Source: Pseudotevenvirus miller (taxonomy: Duplodnaviria; Heunggongvirae; Uroviricota; Caudoviricetes; Straboviridae). From it: 64,000 nt of DNA. Numbering within the stretch: the first letter of the stretch is position 1; every line of letters starts with the position of its first letter. The stretch is taken from IMG/VR virus record IMGVR_UViG_2706796139_000001, positions 114,895 through 178,894 of that record. The stretch is one strand, 5' to 3'. The position numbers were made by a program, and so were the translations under genes. Below are positions 1-10,988 of the stretch, one piece after another. The notes below the pieces were generated by a model. It ran no database searches. It was not told the DNA's origin and saw only the letters and a program-made list of their open reading frames with translations.

Positions 1-1977
1 GTGATGGACAGCAAACTTTACGTGCTCGTTACAGGCGAAGTTAAAGTTGCTCTGCAAGATCCAACAAAACCGGAAAACGTAGTTCCTTCTGTTGATTCTG
101 GTGTGTATCAGTGGCAAGAAGACACTAAAACCTTTGTGCGCCTGTATGGGAACACTGAGGAAGAACGTTTCTTCATTGAACATGAATACACCAATATGTC
201 AACAAACGGAAAAGAAATTTATATTTCTGTTGCCAACTACAAATACCCAGGAACTTTGCCAGATCCTGAACTGCTGATAACTAATCCTGAATTGGTTGCT
301 GCTGTTAAGTATGATTTGCGTCCTGGCTATACTGCTAGTCTGTCTATCAACTTTGCTACTATTCGAGCAAATATTGATGATCCGACCGTGTGGAAATTCG
401 GCGCACAGGAATACTACAACGAGGCAAATTATAGCTGGTTCTTCCGTGATTCTGTTCGTACATGGATCACGAATGATAACCGTCCGTTGGTTGTGTATCC
501 GAAAATTGTATATGAAATGGTAACTGATACCGCTGGACCTTCTTCTACGTTGCGCGTCAACAAAGAGGTGTGGGATCGTGGACATGTTACAATTTACATT
601 AACAACATTAAATTTACCGGATTTACCAAATACACTAACGGTGTGTTGTTGTATAAAAGTTCTGGTGAAATTATCGGGTTCTTTGAACTGAGTTACCGCG
701 CTCGTGATAGCCTTACGATTTTCTGGAAACCAGATAACACATTACTGATTGCGGATCTTATTCAGCAGGAAAGGGAACAACCTTATGTACCGGATTTGTC
801 GCCTGGTTTGATTGATCCTGATTTAAGCCATATGATTACTCGCTTTGCACCACAAAGCTATCTGGATCAGGAATATTTCGAGAAGTTTGGTGAATATTAT
901 TTGCAGTTCGTTTCGTTGGGTGAAAACACCTACTATAACAAATTGCTGAACCTTATCAGGAACAAATATCCACGCGAGAAGAACTGTGTTGAATATTTGT
1001 GGTCGGAAGTAAACCGACGCAATATCTACCTGGATAAAACGAAGCGTGATCAAGTTGTGCGATTCTTTGAATCCCGTGCGAGTGATTTTTACTCCACGAA
1101 AGGTATCGAGGCAAGTTATAAATTCCTGTTCAAACTGCTGTACAACGAAGACGTATCCGTAGAAATCGAGAGTTCAAACACTCTGGAATATGATATACTG
1201 GTTTCTTCGACTAACATCAGTCAGGACATTGTAGGGCGCACGATTTATACACCAACAGCAAGAGCAAACGTGACATATATCGAACGTGATTATGAAGACG
1301 GGCAATTGCGATGGTCTATGACTCTGCATAACGTGATCGGTAACTTCCTTGAAGGACAGGTTGTTAAGTCAGAAAAGACTAATTTCACGGGTAGTATTCT
1401 GCGTGGTGTTCGTGGTAAGCAAATGGCGAACAACTCGATCGACTATTTCAACCGTGGGCGTTCATACTACGTGATGAAAATCCGTTCAAACCTTCCGGCT
1501 TCTCGTTATAAAGATGACGTGTTGCGGTTTGTGCATCCGGTAGGTTTTGGCTTTATCGGGATCACTATGCTGACGGTGTTCATTAACTCCGGTTTGTCGA
1601 TGACCCATAGTGAAACAATCATTGATATCCTCCGAAACTATCGCTTTGATAGCGGATATCCTAAGTATTGGCCCGATCGTGTTGCACGTCTTGACGGTAA
1701 CGGAAACCAGACATTTGACCTTGTAACAGGTGAAGCATTATATGAACCACACCCTAAAGCGGGGCAACCGTTCGATGTTCCACCACAATATGACATTGAT
1801 GAACAACCGTTAAACGGTGTTTTGCCGTCTGCGCGTCGATTCGATCAAAGTCCTCTGTTCGATAGTTCAGCGGTTAAATACTCTCAGTTCCGTAACTTAG
1901 TGGAAAAACGATTGAAAGACGATGCGGGTAATCCTCGTGATCCGAATCCACCGACTCAGAGAAAGGTAGGAAAATAA
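1..1977 (+). CDS. 7: Baseplate wedge initiator gp7, 3' part (runs off left edge)
   Basis: Open frame from base 1; motifs FFESRASDFYSTKGIEASYKFLFKLLYNEDV and FVHPVGFGF; directly upstream of gp8. Confidence 0.9.
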   Translation: MMDSKLYVLVTGEVKVALQDPTKPENVVPSVDSGVYQWQEDTKTFVRLYGNTEEERFFIEHEYTNMSTNGKEIYISVANYKYPGTLPDPELLITNPELVAAVKYDLRPGYTASLSINFATIRANIDDPTVWKFGAQEYYNEANYSWFFRDSVRTWITNDNRPLVVYPKIVYEMVTDTAGPSSTLRVNKEVWDRGHVTIYINNIKFTGFTKYTNGVLLYKSSGEIIGFFELSYRARDSLTIFWKPDNTLLIADLIQQEREQPYVPDLSPGLIDPDLSHMITRFAPQSYLDQEYFEKFGEYYLQFVSLGENTYYNKLLNLIRNKYPREKNCVEYLWSEVNRRNIYLDKTKRDQVVRFFESRASDFYSTKGIEASYKFLFKLLYNEDVSVEIESSNTLEYDILVSSTNISQDIVGRTIYTPTARANVTYIERDYEDGQLRWSMTLHNVIGNFLEGQVVKSEKTNFTGSILRGVRGKQMANNSIDYFNRGRSYYVMKIRSNLPASRYKDDVLRFVHPVGFGFIGITMLTVFINSGLSMTHSETIIDILRNYRFDSGYPKYWPDRVARLDGNGNQTFDLVTGEALYEPHPKAGQPFDVPPQYDIDEQPLNGVLPSARRFDQSPLFDSSAVKYSQFRNLVEKRLKDDAGNPRDPNPPTQRKVGK

Positions 1978-2969
1978 TGGCTCAACAAAACATCTACCGT
2001 GCGGTTGTAACAGGAAAATTCCGCACGGAAAACATGATGAACTTTCGTGATATGATCGGGGATGACCCCGATCACAACTCGATTTATATGTCAATCGGGA
2101 GAACTGAACAATGGGCTGATAACGAATCAGATCCTGAATTCGCTCCCCCGTATCCAAACGATGATACAGATGGTATTGTTGATATGTGGACGCATATGAT
2201 CGGGGCTACAAAAGTTCCTGGCGAAATGATTGATGCAATCGTTCCGCGTAAAGATTGGGGCGACACTCGCTATCCAAACCCTAAAATATTCTATGTGAAT
2301 GATATCGTGGTTGTCAACTCCGCACCTTACAACCGTACTGACTACGGGAAAGGATGGATGATTTACCGCGTTGTAGACGTTCCTGATATTGGTTCTTGTT
2401 CTATTTCCAGTATCACAGGTAAAGTCGAATGTGTGCGCATTGGTGGTATCTGGACACCGACCCATGAATCTGTTGAACCTCCACGCGGAGAAGCAAACGG
2501 AATTGATATGGGCGACGGGTACAAGTGGGAATATCTTTATACGATCCCGCCTGATGTCGTTATCAACCGATGCACAAACGAACATATCGTTGTTCCGTTC
2601 CCTGATGAACTGGAAGAAGATCCGGTACGCTGGGGTTATGACAACGTGATCAAATGGTATCCAGATATGTATGATCTGGTGTTCCGTATGAAAGTTCATT
2701 CAATGCGATTCCGTGCGTATATGGATTCTCTATTTTTCCCGCAAGCCTCGCTACCTGGCAACCGTGGATTCCGTCAAATCAGCGTGATTGTTAACCCGCT
2801 GTTGAAAAAGGCGCAACCAACAGACCCAGAAGTGAAAGCAACCGGACAATTCTATACAAAGGATCAATTCGAACTGGATTCTGGACAGATGATCTATATG
2901 GAAAACAGACAACCGATTATTCGATCCCCAGATCAGACCGAAGAAGTCAGTATTATTTTCGAATTCTAA
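1977..2969 (+). CDS. 8: Baseplate wedge subunit gp8
   Basis: 330 aa; W(ADNE)..FAPPYP.D motif, YKWEYLYTIPPD, C-terminal YMENRQPIIRS.DQTEE; synteny. Confidence 0.93.
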   Translation: MAQQNIYRAVVTGKFRTENMMNFRDMIGDDPDHNSIYMSIGRTEQWADNESDPEFAPPYPNDDTDGIVDMWTHMIGATKVPGEMIDAIVPRKDWGDTRYPNPKIFYVNDIVVVNSAPYNRTDYGKGWMIYRVVDVPDIGSCSISSITGKVECVRIGGIWTPTHESVEPPRGEANGIDMGDGYKWEYLYTIPPDVVINRCTNEHIVVPFPDELEEDPVRWGYDNVIKWYPDMYDLVFRMKVHSMRFRAYMDSLFFPQASLPGNRGFRQISVIVNPLLKKAQPTDPEVKATGQFYTKDQFELDSGQMIYMENRQPIIRSPDQTEEVSIIFEF

Positions 2970-2979
2970 GGAAACCATA

Positions 2980-3843
2980 ATGGCATATCAAACAGGTAAA
3001 AAATTAATTGACGTGGGGCAGATCGGCAACCCGTCAACTGGTGACCCGCTGTATGACGGCGGTGTTAAACTTAACGAAATCATCACCAACGTGTATAATG
3101 CGTTCGGTGATGTGCGTTTGCTGACTGCAAATGATGGTGTTGGTACAATGCTGCTTCATGCAACTGGATATTTCCAGAAGTTGCCAAGAACGTATTATTC
3201 AGCAAACCCGATCGAACTGGGTTCATTGCATGATATGGATACAGCAACAGGGCCAATTACGGTTGTTCTTCCGTCTGGTAAGGCTGGCGAAGGGTGCTAT
3301 TTCATAAATAGTAACGGTAGTATTTCTGTTGATCGTCCTGTTGTATTTCGTCCTCAAGTTGGCGATAACATCAAAGGGGTTCAGGATCAGCTTTATATCA
3401 CTTCTCCTTACACCCAGATTAAATTATGGTGTGTGAAGAAAGAAGGTTCAGTAACCACATGGGATTATTCAGTCGAATCTATGTTCGGCTCTAAAACAAT
3501 GCCCGTGGATACTACCAAACTAATTTTGAAAGCATCACCGACCGCAATTCCTTTATTCGGTTACAGTGAATTCAGCGGGGCTAAGTTGCTCGTATATGCT
3601 GAAAATATGACAGGTACAGTCAACAAAATGGCTGAACTTCTCCTGTCTGTGGATCGTATCGCAAGGGGCGTATATTCTACGGAATATGCTGTACTGAAAA
3701 ATAGCGATGATGACATGTATTCACTTACTTTCACTGTCGGTGCTGGTGACATTGTATATGCAAACGTCCAATCGGTACTCGAAGATCGAATTAAGTTCTC
3801 GATTAAAGCGGTTGACACCATTAAATCAGGGATCGCAGCATGA
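2980..3843 (+). CDS. 9: Baseplate wedge tail fibre connector gp9
   Basis: N-terminal KKLIDVGQIGNPSTGDPLYDGGVKLN; 287 aa; synteny. Confidence 0.93.
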   Translation: MAYQTGKKLIDVGQIGNPSTGDPLYDGGVKLNEIITNVYNAFGDVRLLTANDGVGTMLLHATGYFQKLPRTYYSANPIELGSLHDMDTATGPITVVLPSGKAGEGCYFINSNGSISVDRPVVFRPQVGDNIKGVQDQLYITSPYTQIKLWCVKKEGSVTTWDYSVESMFGSKTMPVDTTKLILKASPTAIPLFGYSEFSGAKLLVYAENMTGTVNKMAELLLSVDRIARGVYSTEYAVLKNSDDDMYSLTFTVGAGDIVYANVQSVLEDRIKFSIKAVDTIKSGIAA

Positions 3844-5657
3844 AACAAGAAATTATTATTGGTAACGTGGTTGATGATGGCGCTGGCGATTACTTACGCC
3901 GTGGTGGTCAGAAAACAAACGCGAACTTTACCGAACTATACGAAAAGCTGGGTGATGGGGAGATCCCACACCCAGCGGGTGCATGGAAAACACATTCAGC
4001 ACCGACTCTGAACCCGATTTTCGGTGATTCATGGGCGCTGAATACCAGCAACAACCGTATTACTGTAAACCTCCCTAAAGGCGGCGTAGGCGATTATAAC
4101 AAGGTTATTCGTCTGCGTGACGTATGGAGTAAATGGGCTGTAAACAACGTCCGTATTGTTCCTGCAACTGGTGATACCATCAAAGGATCACCAACTTACA
4201 AAGAACTGTACAAAGATTTCATGGATGTTGAGTTAGTTTATTGTGCGCCTGGTCGTTGGGAATATGTCGAAAACAAACAGGTTGACAAAATCACAACTTC
4301 CGATCTGGCTACTGTAGCAAAAGAAACATATATTGCTACACAAGGACAGACAGATTTCCCGAATGTGTTTGGCCCTGGTAACTCGTACAACGTCCGTGCT
4401 CTGGAAGTTTACTATCGTGGTAACTTGCTGTACATCGACGACAAAAACGGATTTGTTGAAGCAAACAGCGATTATGGTTCACCTGGTACAAACCCTGGAG
4501 AATTGATTGACCTTGATGGTACTAACATACGCCTTAAACGTCCGTGTAACGCTGGAGACACGCTTCAATTCGTAACCTATATGGATGGTATAGCGACATG
4601 GCGATCGACGTATGAGGCGCATACTATGCGCGTATACAACACGGGTGATACTGAACTGGTAAGCGTACCTGGTGAAATCTGGGTTGGCAACCTTGCAACC
4701 AAAAAAGAATTTACCACTGCTGAATTCGGGATCAGTTCTCGTGTATTGATTAATCCGAACTCTTTCGAACTGCTGTTGAACGGTCGCCAACTTGTTAAAG
4801 CAGGTGACGCGGATCTTCCTACATTCGTGTGTGAAGGGGCAGAAGGTTATGATGAAGATAGCTGTTTAGCTAACTCCGGTGCGTGGGTTCCTTCTGGACA
4901 GGACTACAGTTTGATCTTTGTTGATTCCATTGTAACAGGTATCAAATTCAGTCAACCTCTTGAAAGTCGCGATGTTGTTACGATCCGTTGGTTCAATAAC
5001 GATATCGGAACTGTAATGGAATGGGAAGGTGTTGGCGGTATTAAAGAGCATACCGATAAAATCTATCTGAACAACGAAGAAGAGTTAACCCTAGTTGGAC
5101 GGATTGAATATACCGACTATAACAACCCGTCGCAGAAAACGATGCGTAAAATTACGGAACCTTTCAGCGGTCGATTGCTGGATCTGCAAGCGTTTTTTGA
5201 TGTGATTCATCCGATCGGGACGATCTACGAAAACGCGCATAACGACGCAAACCCAGGCGAATACATGGGCTTCGGTATTTGGAAACGGTACGCAGAAGGT
5301 CAATTTATCGCTGGTTGGACAACTGATGCAGCAGATAGCGATTTTGGTTTAAACAACAACGATTTGGATGGTTCTGGACAGCCTACACACACAGCAGGTG
5401 GTTCTGGTGGTGAACGTGGTTATGAAATTCATCCGATCAACGTTCCACAAATTGAATCAACCGATAAAGTTCTGATTAAGGACGACAACGGGATCATTAT
5501 CATTGGTGGCTGTCAGGTTGACCCAGATGCAACAGGGCCAGGATACACTAAATACCGTGAGGATGTATTGAAAGTAAATCAGGGTAACACTACCCCAGAT
5601 AAACTTAAAACGCTCCCTCCGTATATTACTGCACATCGCTGGATAAGGGTAGCATAA
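3840..5657 (+). CDS. 10: Baseplate wedge subunit and tail pin gp10
   Basis: MKQEIIIGNVVDDGAGDYLRRGGQKTNANF; C-terminal HPIGTIYEN and PYIT..RW.RVA; 605 aa. Confidence 0.93.
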   Translation: MKQEIIIGNVVDDGAGDYLRRGGQKTNANFTELYEKLGDGEIPHPAGAWKTHSAPTLNPIFGDSWALNTSNNRITVNLPKGGVGDYNKVIRLRDVWSKWAVNNVRIVPATGDTIKGSPTYKELYKDFMDVELVYCAPGRWEYVENKQVDKITTSDLATVAKETYIATQGQTDFPNVFGPGNSYNVRALEVYYRGNLLYIDDKNGFVEANSDYGSPGTNPGELIDLDGTNIRLKRPCNAGDTLQFVTYMDGIATWRSTYEAHTMRVYNTGDTELVSVPGEIWVGNLATKKEFTTAEFGISSRVLINPNSFELLLNGRQLVKAGDADLPTFVCEGAEGYDEDSCLANSGAWVPSGQDYSLIFVDSIVTGIKFSQPLESRDVVTIRWFNNDIGTVMEWEGVGGIKEHTDKIYLNNEEELTLVGRIEYTDYNNPSQKTMRKITEPFSGRLLDLQAFFDVIHPIGTIYENAHNDANPGEYMGFGIWKRYAEGQFIAGWTTDAADSDFGLNNNDLDGSGQPTHTAGGSGGERGYEIHPINVPQIESTDKVLIKDDNGIIIIGGCQVDPDATGPGYTKYREDVLKVNQGNTTPDKLKTLPPYITAHRWIRVA

Positions 5658-6319
5658 TGACACAATTTATTTCAAAGACAAGGGAGGGGGCGAAAGTCCC
5701 TTCCCGTGAAGCAGACTTTTTGCAATATGAAATGGGTACTAAAGACCCTCTTATCGGTGGTAAACGTACTATCGGTGGTGCAAACGTCGATCAGCTTCGT
5801 AAAGGGGTAGATTATCCCAACGTGCAATCAGCAATCGATGACCTGTATACTCTGTCTCAACAGATCCCGATCAACGGGGTTATCATGATGACAGAAGACA
5901 GTCCTCCGACCGCTGTTCAGCAGGTAGAGACTATAACTTTTGATGGTACTGTACAAAACACAGATCCAGACCAGACAAAAGCAACAATTCATGTTTATGG
6001 ATTCCCGTTCGTGTTCGATAACACAACGAACGCATCAACCGTATGCGAAACAGTCTACAACAAGTTTACTGAATTTGTCAATGACGAAAAATATTTCGAT
6101 CTGGTAACTCGCAAGGGCTTGAACGGTGAAATTCTGGAAGTTCGGTTTATTGATTGTGTTCCGCATCCGGTAACAAATACTACTGAAAACGGAATATCTA
6201 TGGTAGGAACAATCGATGTACAGGCACGATCTGGTTACGGTACGTGGTCGAAACTGGGTGAGGTGGATCTTGCTGTAACTCCGGCAGTTCCAATTTTCTA
6301 CTTTAAACGTATTGCGTAA
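5657..6319 (+). CDS. 11: Baseplate wedge subunit and tail pin gp11
   Basis: 220 aa; SREADFL, TIGGANVDQLRKG, C-terminal YFKRIA; synteny. Confidence 0.88.
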   Translation: MTQFISKTREGAKVPSREADFLQYEMGTKDPLIGGKRTIGGANVDQLRKGVDYPNVQSAIDDLYTLSQQIPINGVIMMTEDSPPTAVQQVETITFDGTVQNTDPDQTKATIHVYGFPFVFDNTTNASTVCETVYNKFTEFVNDEKYFDLVTRKGLNGEILEVRFIDCVPHPVTNTTENGISMVGTIDVQARSGYGTWSKLGEVDLAVTPAVPIFYFKRIA

Positions 6320-6328
6320 GGATAACCA

Positions 6329-7720
6329 ATGAGTAACAACACAATTAACCACGTAAGCGATGCGTCCGTTTACGTGACTTTTGATCCGGCAGGTACGCAA
6401 TGGCCCTCGACTTTCGTCAACGTACAGCAAGCATTAGCCTCTATAGGCCCGTGGGCGCGTACTGATGTTGGTTTGCCTAACGCGGCTCCTGGTATGCGTG
6501 GTATTGCTGCTATTGCTACCGAGGCGATGATTGACGCAGGGACAGACAACGAAACGATCGTTACTCCTGCATTGCTGGCATATCGTTTACAAAATCCTCA
6601 TGCGTCACAAACCGTTTGGGGATATACCAAATACGCAACTGATGCGGAAGCGGTTGATGTCGCAAACGATCTGGTTTCATTAACTCCGCGTTCGATCAAT
6701 GTGGTTTTCAATACCAGACACGCATCAGAAACCGTGTGGGGTTCTTCTAAACTGTCAACGACAGCACAGGCAACAGCGGGTACTGATGATACAACCTCAA
6801 TGACACCATTGAAGGTAAAACAAGCAATCTCTGCTCTGGTTCCGGTACAATCCAACGCAACAGAAAGCGCGTTCGGTTTGGTTCAGTTGGCTACGGTTTC
6901 AGAAGTCCGCGCGGGTACTATTCGCGACGGTTTCGCAATTTCACCGTATACGTTTATTCGTCTGAATGCAACAGAAAGCGATCTGGGTATTGTTCGCCTA
7001 GCAAGTCAGGCAGAAGTAAACGCAGGAACTGATGATACCAAAGCCGTTACCCCGTTAAAACTGGCTAACCTTAAAGGCTCCGGTGGTTCTTTCGGTTTGG
7101 TTAAATTATCAACAGAAGTAAACGCAGGGCTGGCTAACACTGCTCTTTCTGCGGGTGCTAACGTAGTACCGAGCAACCGTGACAGCGCTATCACTGGTGG
7201 TGCATTGTATCAGGGTTCAGTTGCTGCTGCTAATAAATACCAGACACATAGCGATATCGAAGCATCGTTACCGATTGGCTGTATGATGATGGCTGCATTT
7301 AACTCCGATTACGGAAACCTGTGTATTGCCAACGGTCGCGGGATGTATACATACGAATACCCAGAACTGTTTGCACGTATAGGCTATACGTATGGCGGTA
7401 GTGGTAACATCTTTAATCTTCCTGATATGCGCGGCGTAGTTGCTCGCGGATTTGATGCGGGACGTGGTTTAGACCCAGGTCGTGGATTTGGTACATACCA
7501 GCATCACGAAGTACAGTCTCATGAGCATCCATTGCAGATGATCTATCAGTCTGGTGGTAACTTACCAGCATGGCAGTGTGTTTATGAACTGCGTACTGCT
7601 GAGAAGAATGACCAGAAATTATACTGGCCTGATCCATCACTCAGTAAAGCAATGGCTGTAGGCGGTAACGAAACGCGAATGAAGAACCTTGCGGTCAACT
7701 ATGTAATTCGAGTACGATAA
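6329..7720 (+). CDS. 12: Short tail fibre gp12
   Basis: MSNNTINHVSD..YVTFDP; ATxAE repeats; tail-collar domain (YPELFARIGYTYGG..FNLPDMRG); ends NYVIRVR. Confidence 0.92.
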   Translation: MSNNTINHVSDASVYVTFDPAGTQWPSTFVNVQQALASIGPWARTDVGLPNAAPGMRGIAAIATEAMIDAGTDNETIVTPALLAYRLQNPHASQTVWGYTKYATDAEAVDVANDLVSLTPRSINVVFNTRHASETVWGSSKLSTTAQATAGTDDTTSMTPLKVKQAISALVPVQSNATESAFGLVQLATVSEVRAGTIRDGFAISPYTFIRLNATESDLGIVRLASQAEVNAGTDDTKAVTPLKLANLKGSGGSFGLVKLSTEVNAGLANTALSAGANVVPSNRDSAITGGALYQGSVAAANKYQTHSDIEASLPIGCMMMAAFNSDYGNLCIANGRGMYTYEYPELFARIGYTYGGSGNIFNLPDMRGVVARGFDAGRGLDPGRGFGTYQHHEVQSHEHPLQMIYQSGGNLPAWQCVYELRTAEKNDQKLYWPDPSLSKAMAVGGNETRMKNLAVNYVIRVR

Positions 7721-7732
7721 AGGGGTTAATCC

Positions 7733-10021
7733 ATGATTTCAAAACTTAACCCGTTACCAAAGATCCCGTTTGTTGATGGTGTCCCTTCGGACACCACACA
7801 AACCCCGATCAACTGGATAATTAACGGCGAAACTCTCGATGGTGCTAAAACCAAAGTCACTAACGAGGGTTCTTTAAACAGGTGCGGTGTTCTGGTACAA
7901 AAGAACGCGGTGCAATTAGAAACCAACACCATTACACAGACTGCAAAAATCAACGAAGTTATCGATCAGGTTAACCTCATTAGTGAAAACCTCGCGGCTA
8001 TTTCTGATGAAAGCGTGATTGACAAACTGGATCAGGTTGTTGCTGATGTAGAAGTGTTGAAAGTTGATATGACTGCGGTTCAAGGTTCTACTGCAAGCAA
8101 TACCCTGAAAATCCAGGATCTCGATAAAGAGATCGGGACGTGGGACGCTTCAACAGATCCTAAACACCGTACCATTCGAAAAGATATTATTTTCCTGAAA
8201 GGGGAAATGGGTGCGTACCCTGGGTTTAACGAAAACGGCGACGTAGATCCGACATCAACGGGTTCCGGCATGAAATACAAAATCATGACGAACGCGCAAG
8301 CGATTTCGATTCATGAAGGACGTATTACGCGCCTTGAAGATGATTGGGCTAACTCAGACGTAGGTCATTTAACTGATGAAGTAACCGATCTGCGTAACGA
8401 AATGGGGCCAAAACATTTAGCGACATTTGAATCTGTATATGTTCGCCTGAACACTATCGGTACTGAGATCACTGGTATCAATTCCGAACTAACCAGCATC
8501 AACCAATATATCGGTCGTACTGGCACGGGTGGAACTGGTAGTATTTCTGCGCGTATGACTACGGCAGAATCGAATATCGCAACCCTGCAAACGCAGATGA
8601 ATGATTCTGCTACTGGTGTATTACCTCGCGTAATTTCTTTGGAAAATGCTGTCGGTAACTCTCAGATCCCTGGTAGTATTCGTTACGACATCAGCGCAAT
8701 CAAACGTGACATCGGTGATATCAACATGATCGTCGGTGAATCAAGCGATGATGGTCTTCGTGGGGAAATGGCTCAGGTTATGACCGATATCGGTACTGAT
8801 TCACAGCCTACGAGCATCAAAGGCCGTTTGCTGAACGTTGAGAACACCCAACGTGACGATCATCAGAAACTGATTGACGTTGAATCTGTTGTTGGTAATA
8901 CTTCAAGTGGACTCGTTGCGGCTAATATCGCGATGGGTAAAGCTGTTTACGGTGATGCAACGAGTTCTGATCCATTCCTGAAAGACGGTATTCAGAAAAC
9001 AGCGCGTGACAGTAAAGCGGCTATCGGTGTAAACACAACCGGATCTGAAACAGGGATCTATAAACTGATTTCAGATTTGACTGCTCGTGTTGCTGCACTT
9101 GAAAGCGGTACTGGTGGCGAACTTGAACAACGTGTTTCTGATTTGGAAACCAATAAAGCATCGCATCAGGACGTTGCAAACGCATTGGTTCCGTATATTA
9201 CCGAAGCGGAAGCAGATGTTAAGTACGAACCGAAGAAAATTCCGTTATCGTTTACGCAAAACCTTGTTGGGCGTGGCGATTATATCGAAGGTGATGACAT
9301 TTCTTTCATGGTTACGGTAACAGGTGGTAAACTGCCTTATGTCTACCAGTGGAAGAAAGGAACCGCTGATGTAGGTACTAACGCATCGAGCATTCTGATC
9401 CAAAGCATTACCTCTGCCGACGCTGGCGTGTATAAAGTTGTTGTTACCGATGCAGACAACACCGTAATTACTTCTGACGAAGTGACGGTTGCTGTTTATC
9501 CGGTTCCTCAGTTTGATACTAACCTGGCTGACAAATCGGTGGTTGACGGTGATCCTCTGACTCTGGAAGTTGTATACAGCGGTGGTAAACCTCCGTACAC
9601 TTACGAATGGTTCAAAGATAACTCTGTTATCTCTGGGGAAACATCAGCAACATTTACCAAATCTGCTGTTACAAGCGCTGATGCTGGTGAATACTATGTT
9701 TCTGTAACTGACGCAATGAACAACCAAAACGATTCAGTGAAAGCAACCGTGACTGTAACACCTCGTCCGGCTCTTGCATTCACTACGGATCTGAGTGCTA
9801 CTAAATCATACAGCACAGGTGCTAACATGGATCTTGCTGTTGTCGTGACTGGTGGTAAAACACCATATACGTATAAATGGTTTAAAGACACTGCGGAAAT
9901 TTCCGGTCAGACAGGCGCAAGCCTTACCACTGTAGCAGAAGATGGGGTGTATAAAGTCGAAGTGACGGATGCACTAACGACTAAAATCACATCAACTGAA
10001 TGCACGGTAACTGTGGCATAA
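7733..10021 (+). CDS. wac: Fibritin (whiskers) with three C-terminal Ig-like domains
   Basis: N-terminal LPKIPFVDGVP..Q..INWI.NGE; segmented coiled coil; three V(T/Y)(G/S)GK.PY.Y.W.K repeats; between gp12 and gp13. Confidence 0.9.
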   Translation: MISKLNPLPKIPFVDGVPSDTTQTPINWIINGETLDGAKTKVTNEGSLNRCGVLVQKNAVQLETNTITQTAKINEVIDQVNLISENLAAISDESVIDKLDQVVADVEVLKVDMTAVQGSTASNTLKIQDLDKEIGTWDASTDPKHRTIRKDIIFLKGEMGAYPGFNENGDVDPTSTGSGMKYKIMTNAQAISIHEGRITRLEDDWANSDVGHLTDEVTDLRNEMGPKHLATFESVYVRLNTIGTEITGINSELTSINQYIGRTGTGGTGSISARMTTAESNIATLQTQMNDSATGVLPRVISLENAVGNSQIPGSIRYDISAIKRDIGDINMIVGESSDDGLRGEMAQVMTDIGTDSQPTSIKGRLLNVENTQRDDHQKLIDVESVVGNTSSGLVAANIAMGKAVYGDATSSDPFLKDGIQKTARDSKAAIGVNTTGSETGIYKLISDLTARVAALESGTGGELEQRVSDLETNKASHQDVANALVPYITEAEADVKYEPKKIPLSFTQNLVGRGDYIEGDDISFMVTVTGGKLPYVYQWKKGTADVGTNASSILIQSITSADAGVYKVVVTDADNTVITSDEVTVAVYPVPQFDTNLADKSVVDGDPLTLEVVYSGGKPPYTYEWFKDNSVISGETSATFTKSAVTSADAGEYYVSVTDAMNNQNDSVKATVTVTPRPALAFTTDLSATKSYSTGANMDLAVVVTGGKTPYTYKWFKDTAEISGQTGASLTTVAEDGVYKVEVTDALTTKITSTECTVTVA

Positions 10022-10027
10022 TTTAAC

Positions 10028-10047
10028 AAGGGGCGCAAGCCCCTTTT
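10028..10047 (+). terminator. Intrinsic terminator after wac
   Basis: AAGGGGC-GCAA-GCCCCTT followed by T run. Confidence 0.75.
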
Positions 10048-10056
10048 GAGGATCAT

Positions 10057-10980
10057 ATGATTACGAACAATCCTGAACAATTGAAGGATGAAATTCTTCG
10101 TCGTCTGGGCGCACCAATCATCAAAATCGAAATCACACAAGACCAGATTTACGATTGCATTCAACGCGCACTGGATCTGTATGCGGAATATCACTACAAC
10201 GGAACAAACAAAAGTTACATTATCCTTACGTTAGGCGAAGACAACCCGCGAAACGTATTTGATTTGAGTAAAGAACATATTTTCGCGGTTACAAAAGTAT
10301 TGCGTACAAATATCGGTTCATTGGTTTCTATGGACGGTACAGCGGTTTATCCGTGGTTTACTGATTTCCTGATGGGGCTTACTGGTGGTTCTCTGGGCGG
10401 TCGCTGTGCATCAAGCGTGTACGGTATGAATGCATATGGCGCGGATCTGGGGTATTTTACACAGATGATGTCATATCAACGTTCAATGCAAGAGTTGCTG
10501 GCTCCATTACCTGATTACTGGTACAACGATGACACTGGTCAGTTTTGTGTATGGGGTAAAGTCAACAACGGTGATATTATTGTCATTGAAGTGATGGTAA
10601 GATCCTTTGTCGATGTTCCTAGTGCCGTAGGAAGCGTTGCAGGATACGCTACAGCGGGTTCTAACGCAGTAGAAGACCAATCCATAGCCGACATCTACGA
10701 TAACCCGTATAACGCGGTTGTGGGCGGTGTACGAGCGGGACAGGGTACAACTGTTACTGGTGGAACCTCTGCATATAACAACCGTTGGGTAAAAGACTAC
10801 TCAACCGCGCTGGTAAAAGAAATCAACGGGCAAATTCTGGCTAAGTTTCAGGGTATGCAATTGCCTGGTGGTGTTGCTCCAGATGGAACACGACTGATTC
10901 AGGAAGCGGAAACCAAATTACAAGGATTGCGCGACGAACTGATTTCTATGTCTGACGCAGTTCCTATTATTATGGTGTAG
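10057..10980 (+). CDS. 13: Neck protein gp13
   Basis: LKDEILRRLGAPIIKIE, WVKDYSTALVKE, PGGVAPDG; synteny. Confidence 0.93.
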   Translation: MITNNPEQLKDEILRRLGAPIIKIEITQDQIYDCIQRALDLYAEYHYNGTNKSYIILTLGEDNPRNVFDLSKEHIFAVTKVLRTNIGSLVSMDGTAVYPWFTDFLMGLTGGSLGGRCASSVYGMNAYGADLGYFTQMMSYQRSMQELLAPLPDYWYNDDTGQFCVWGKVNNGDIIVIEVMVRSFVDVPSAVGSVAGYATAGSNAVEDQSIADIYDNPYNAVVGGVRAGQGTTVTGGTSAYNNRWVKDYSTALVKEINGQILAKFQGMQLPGGVAPDGTRLIQEAETKLQGLRDELISMSDAVPIIMV

Positions 10981-10988
10981 GGGGAATA

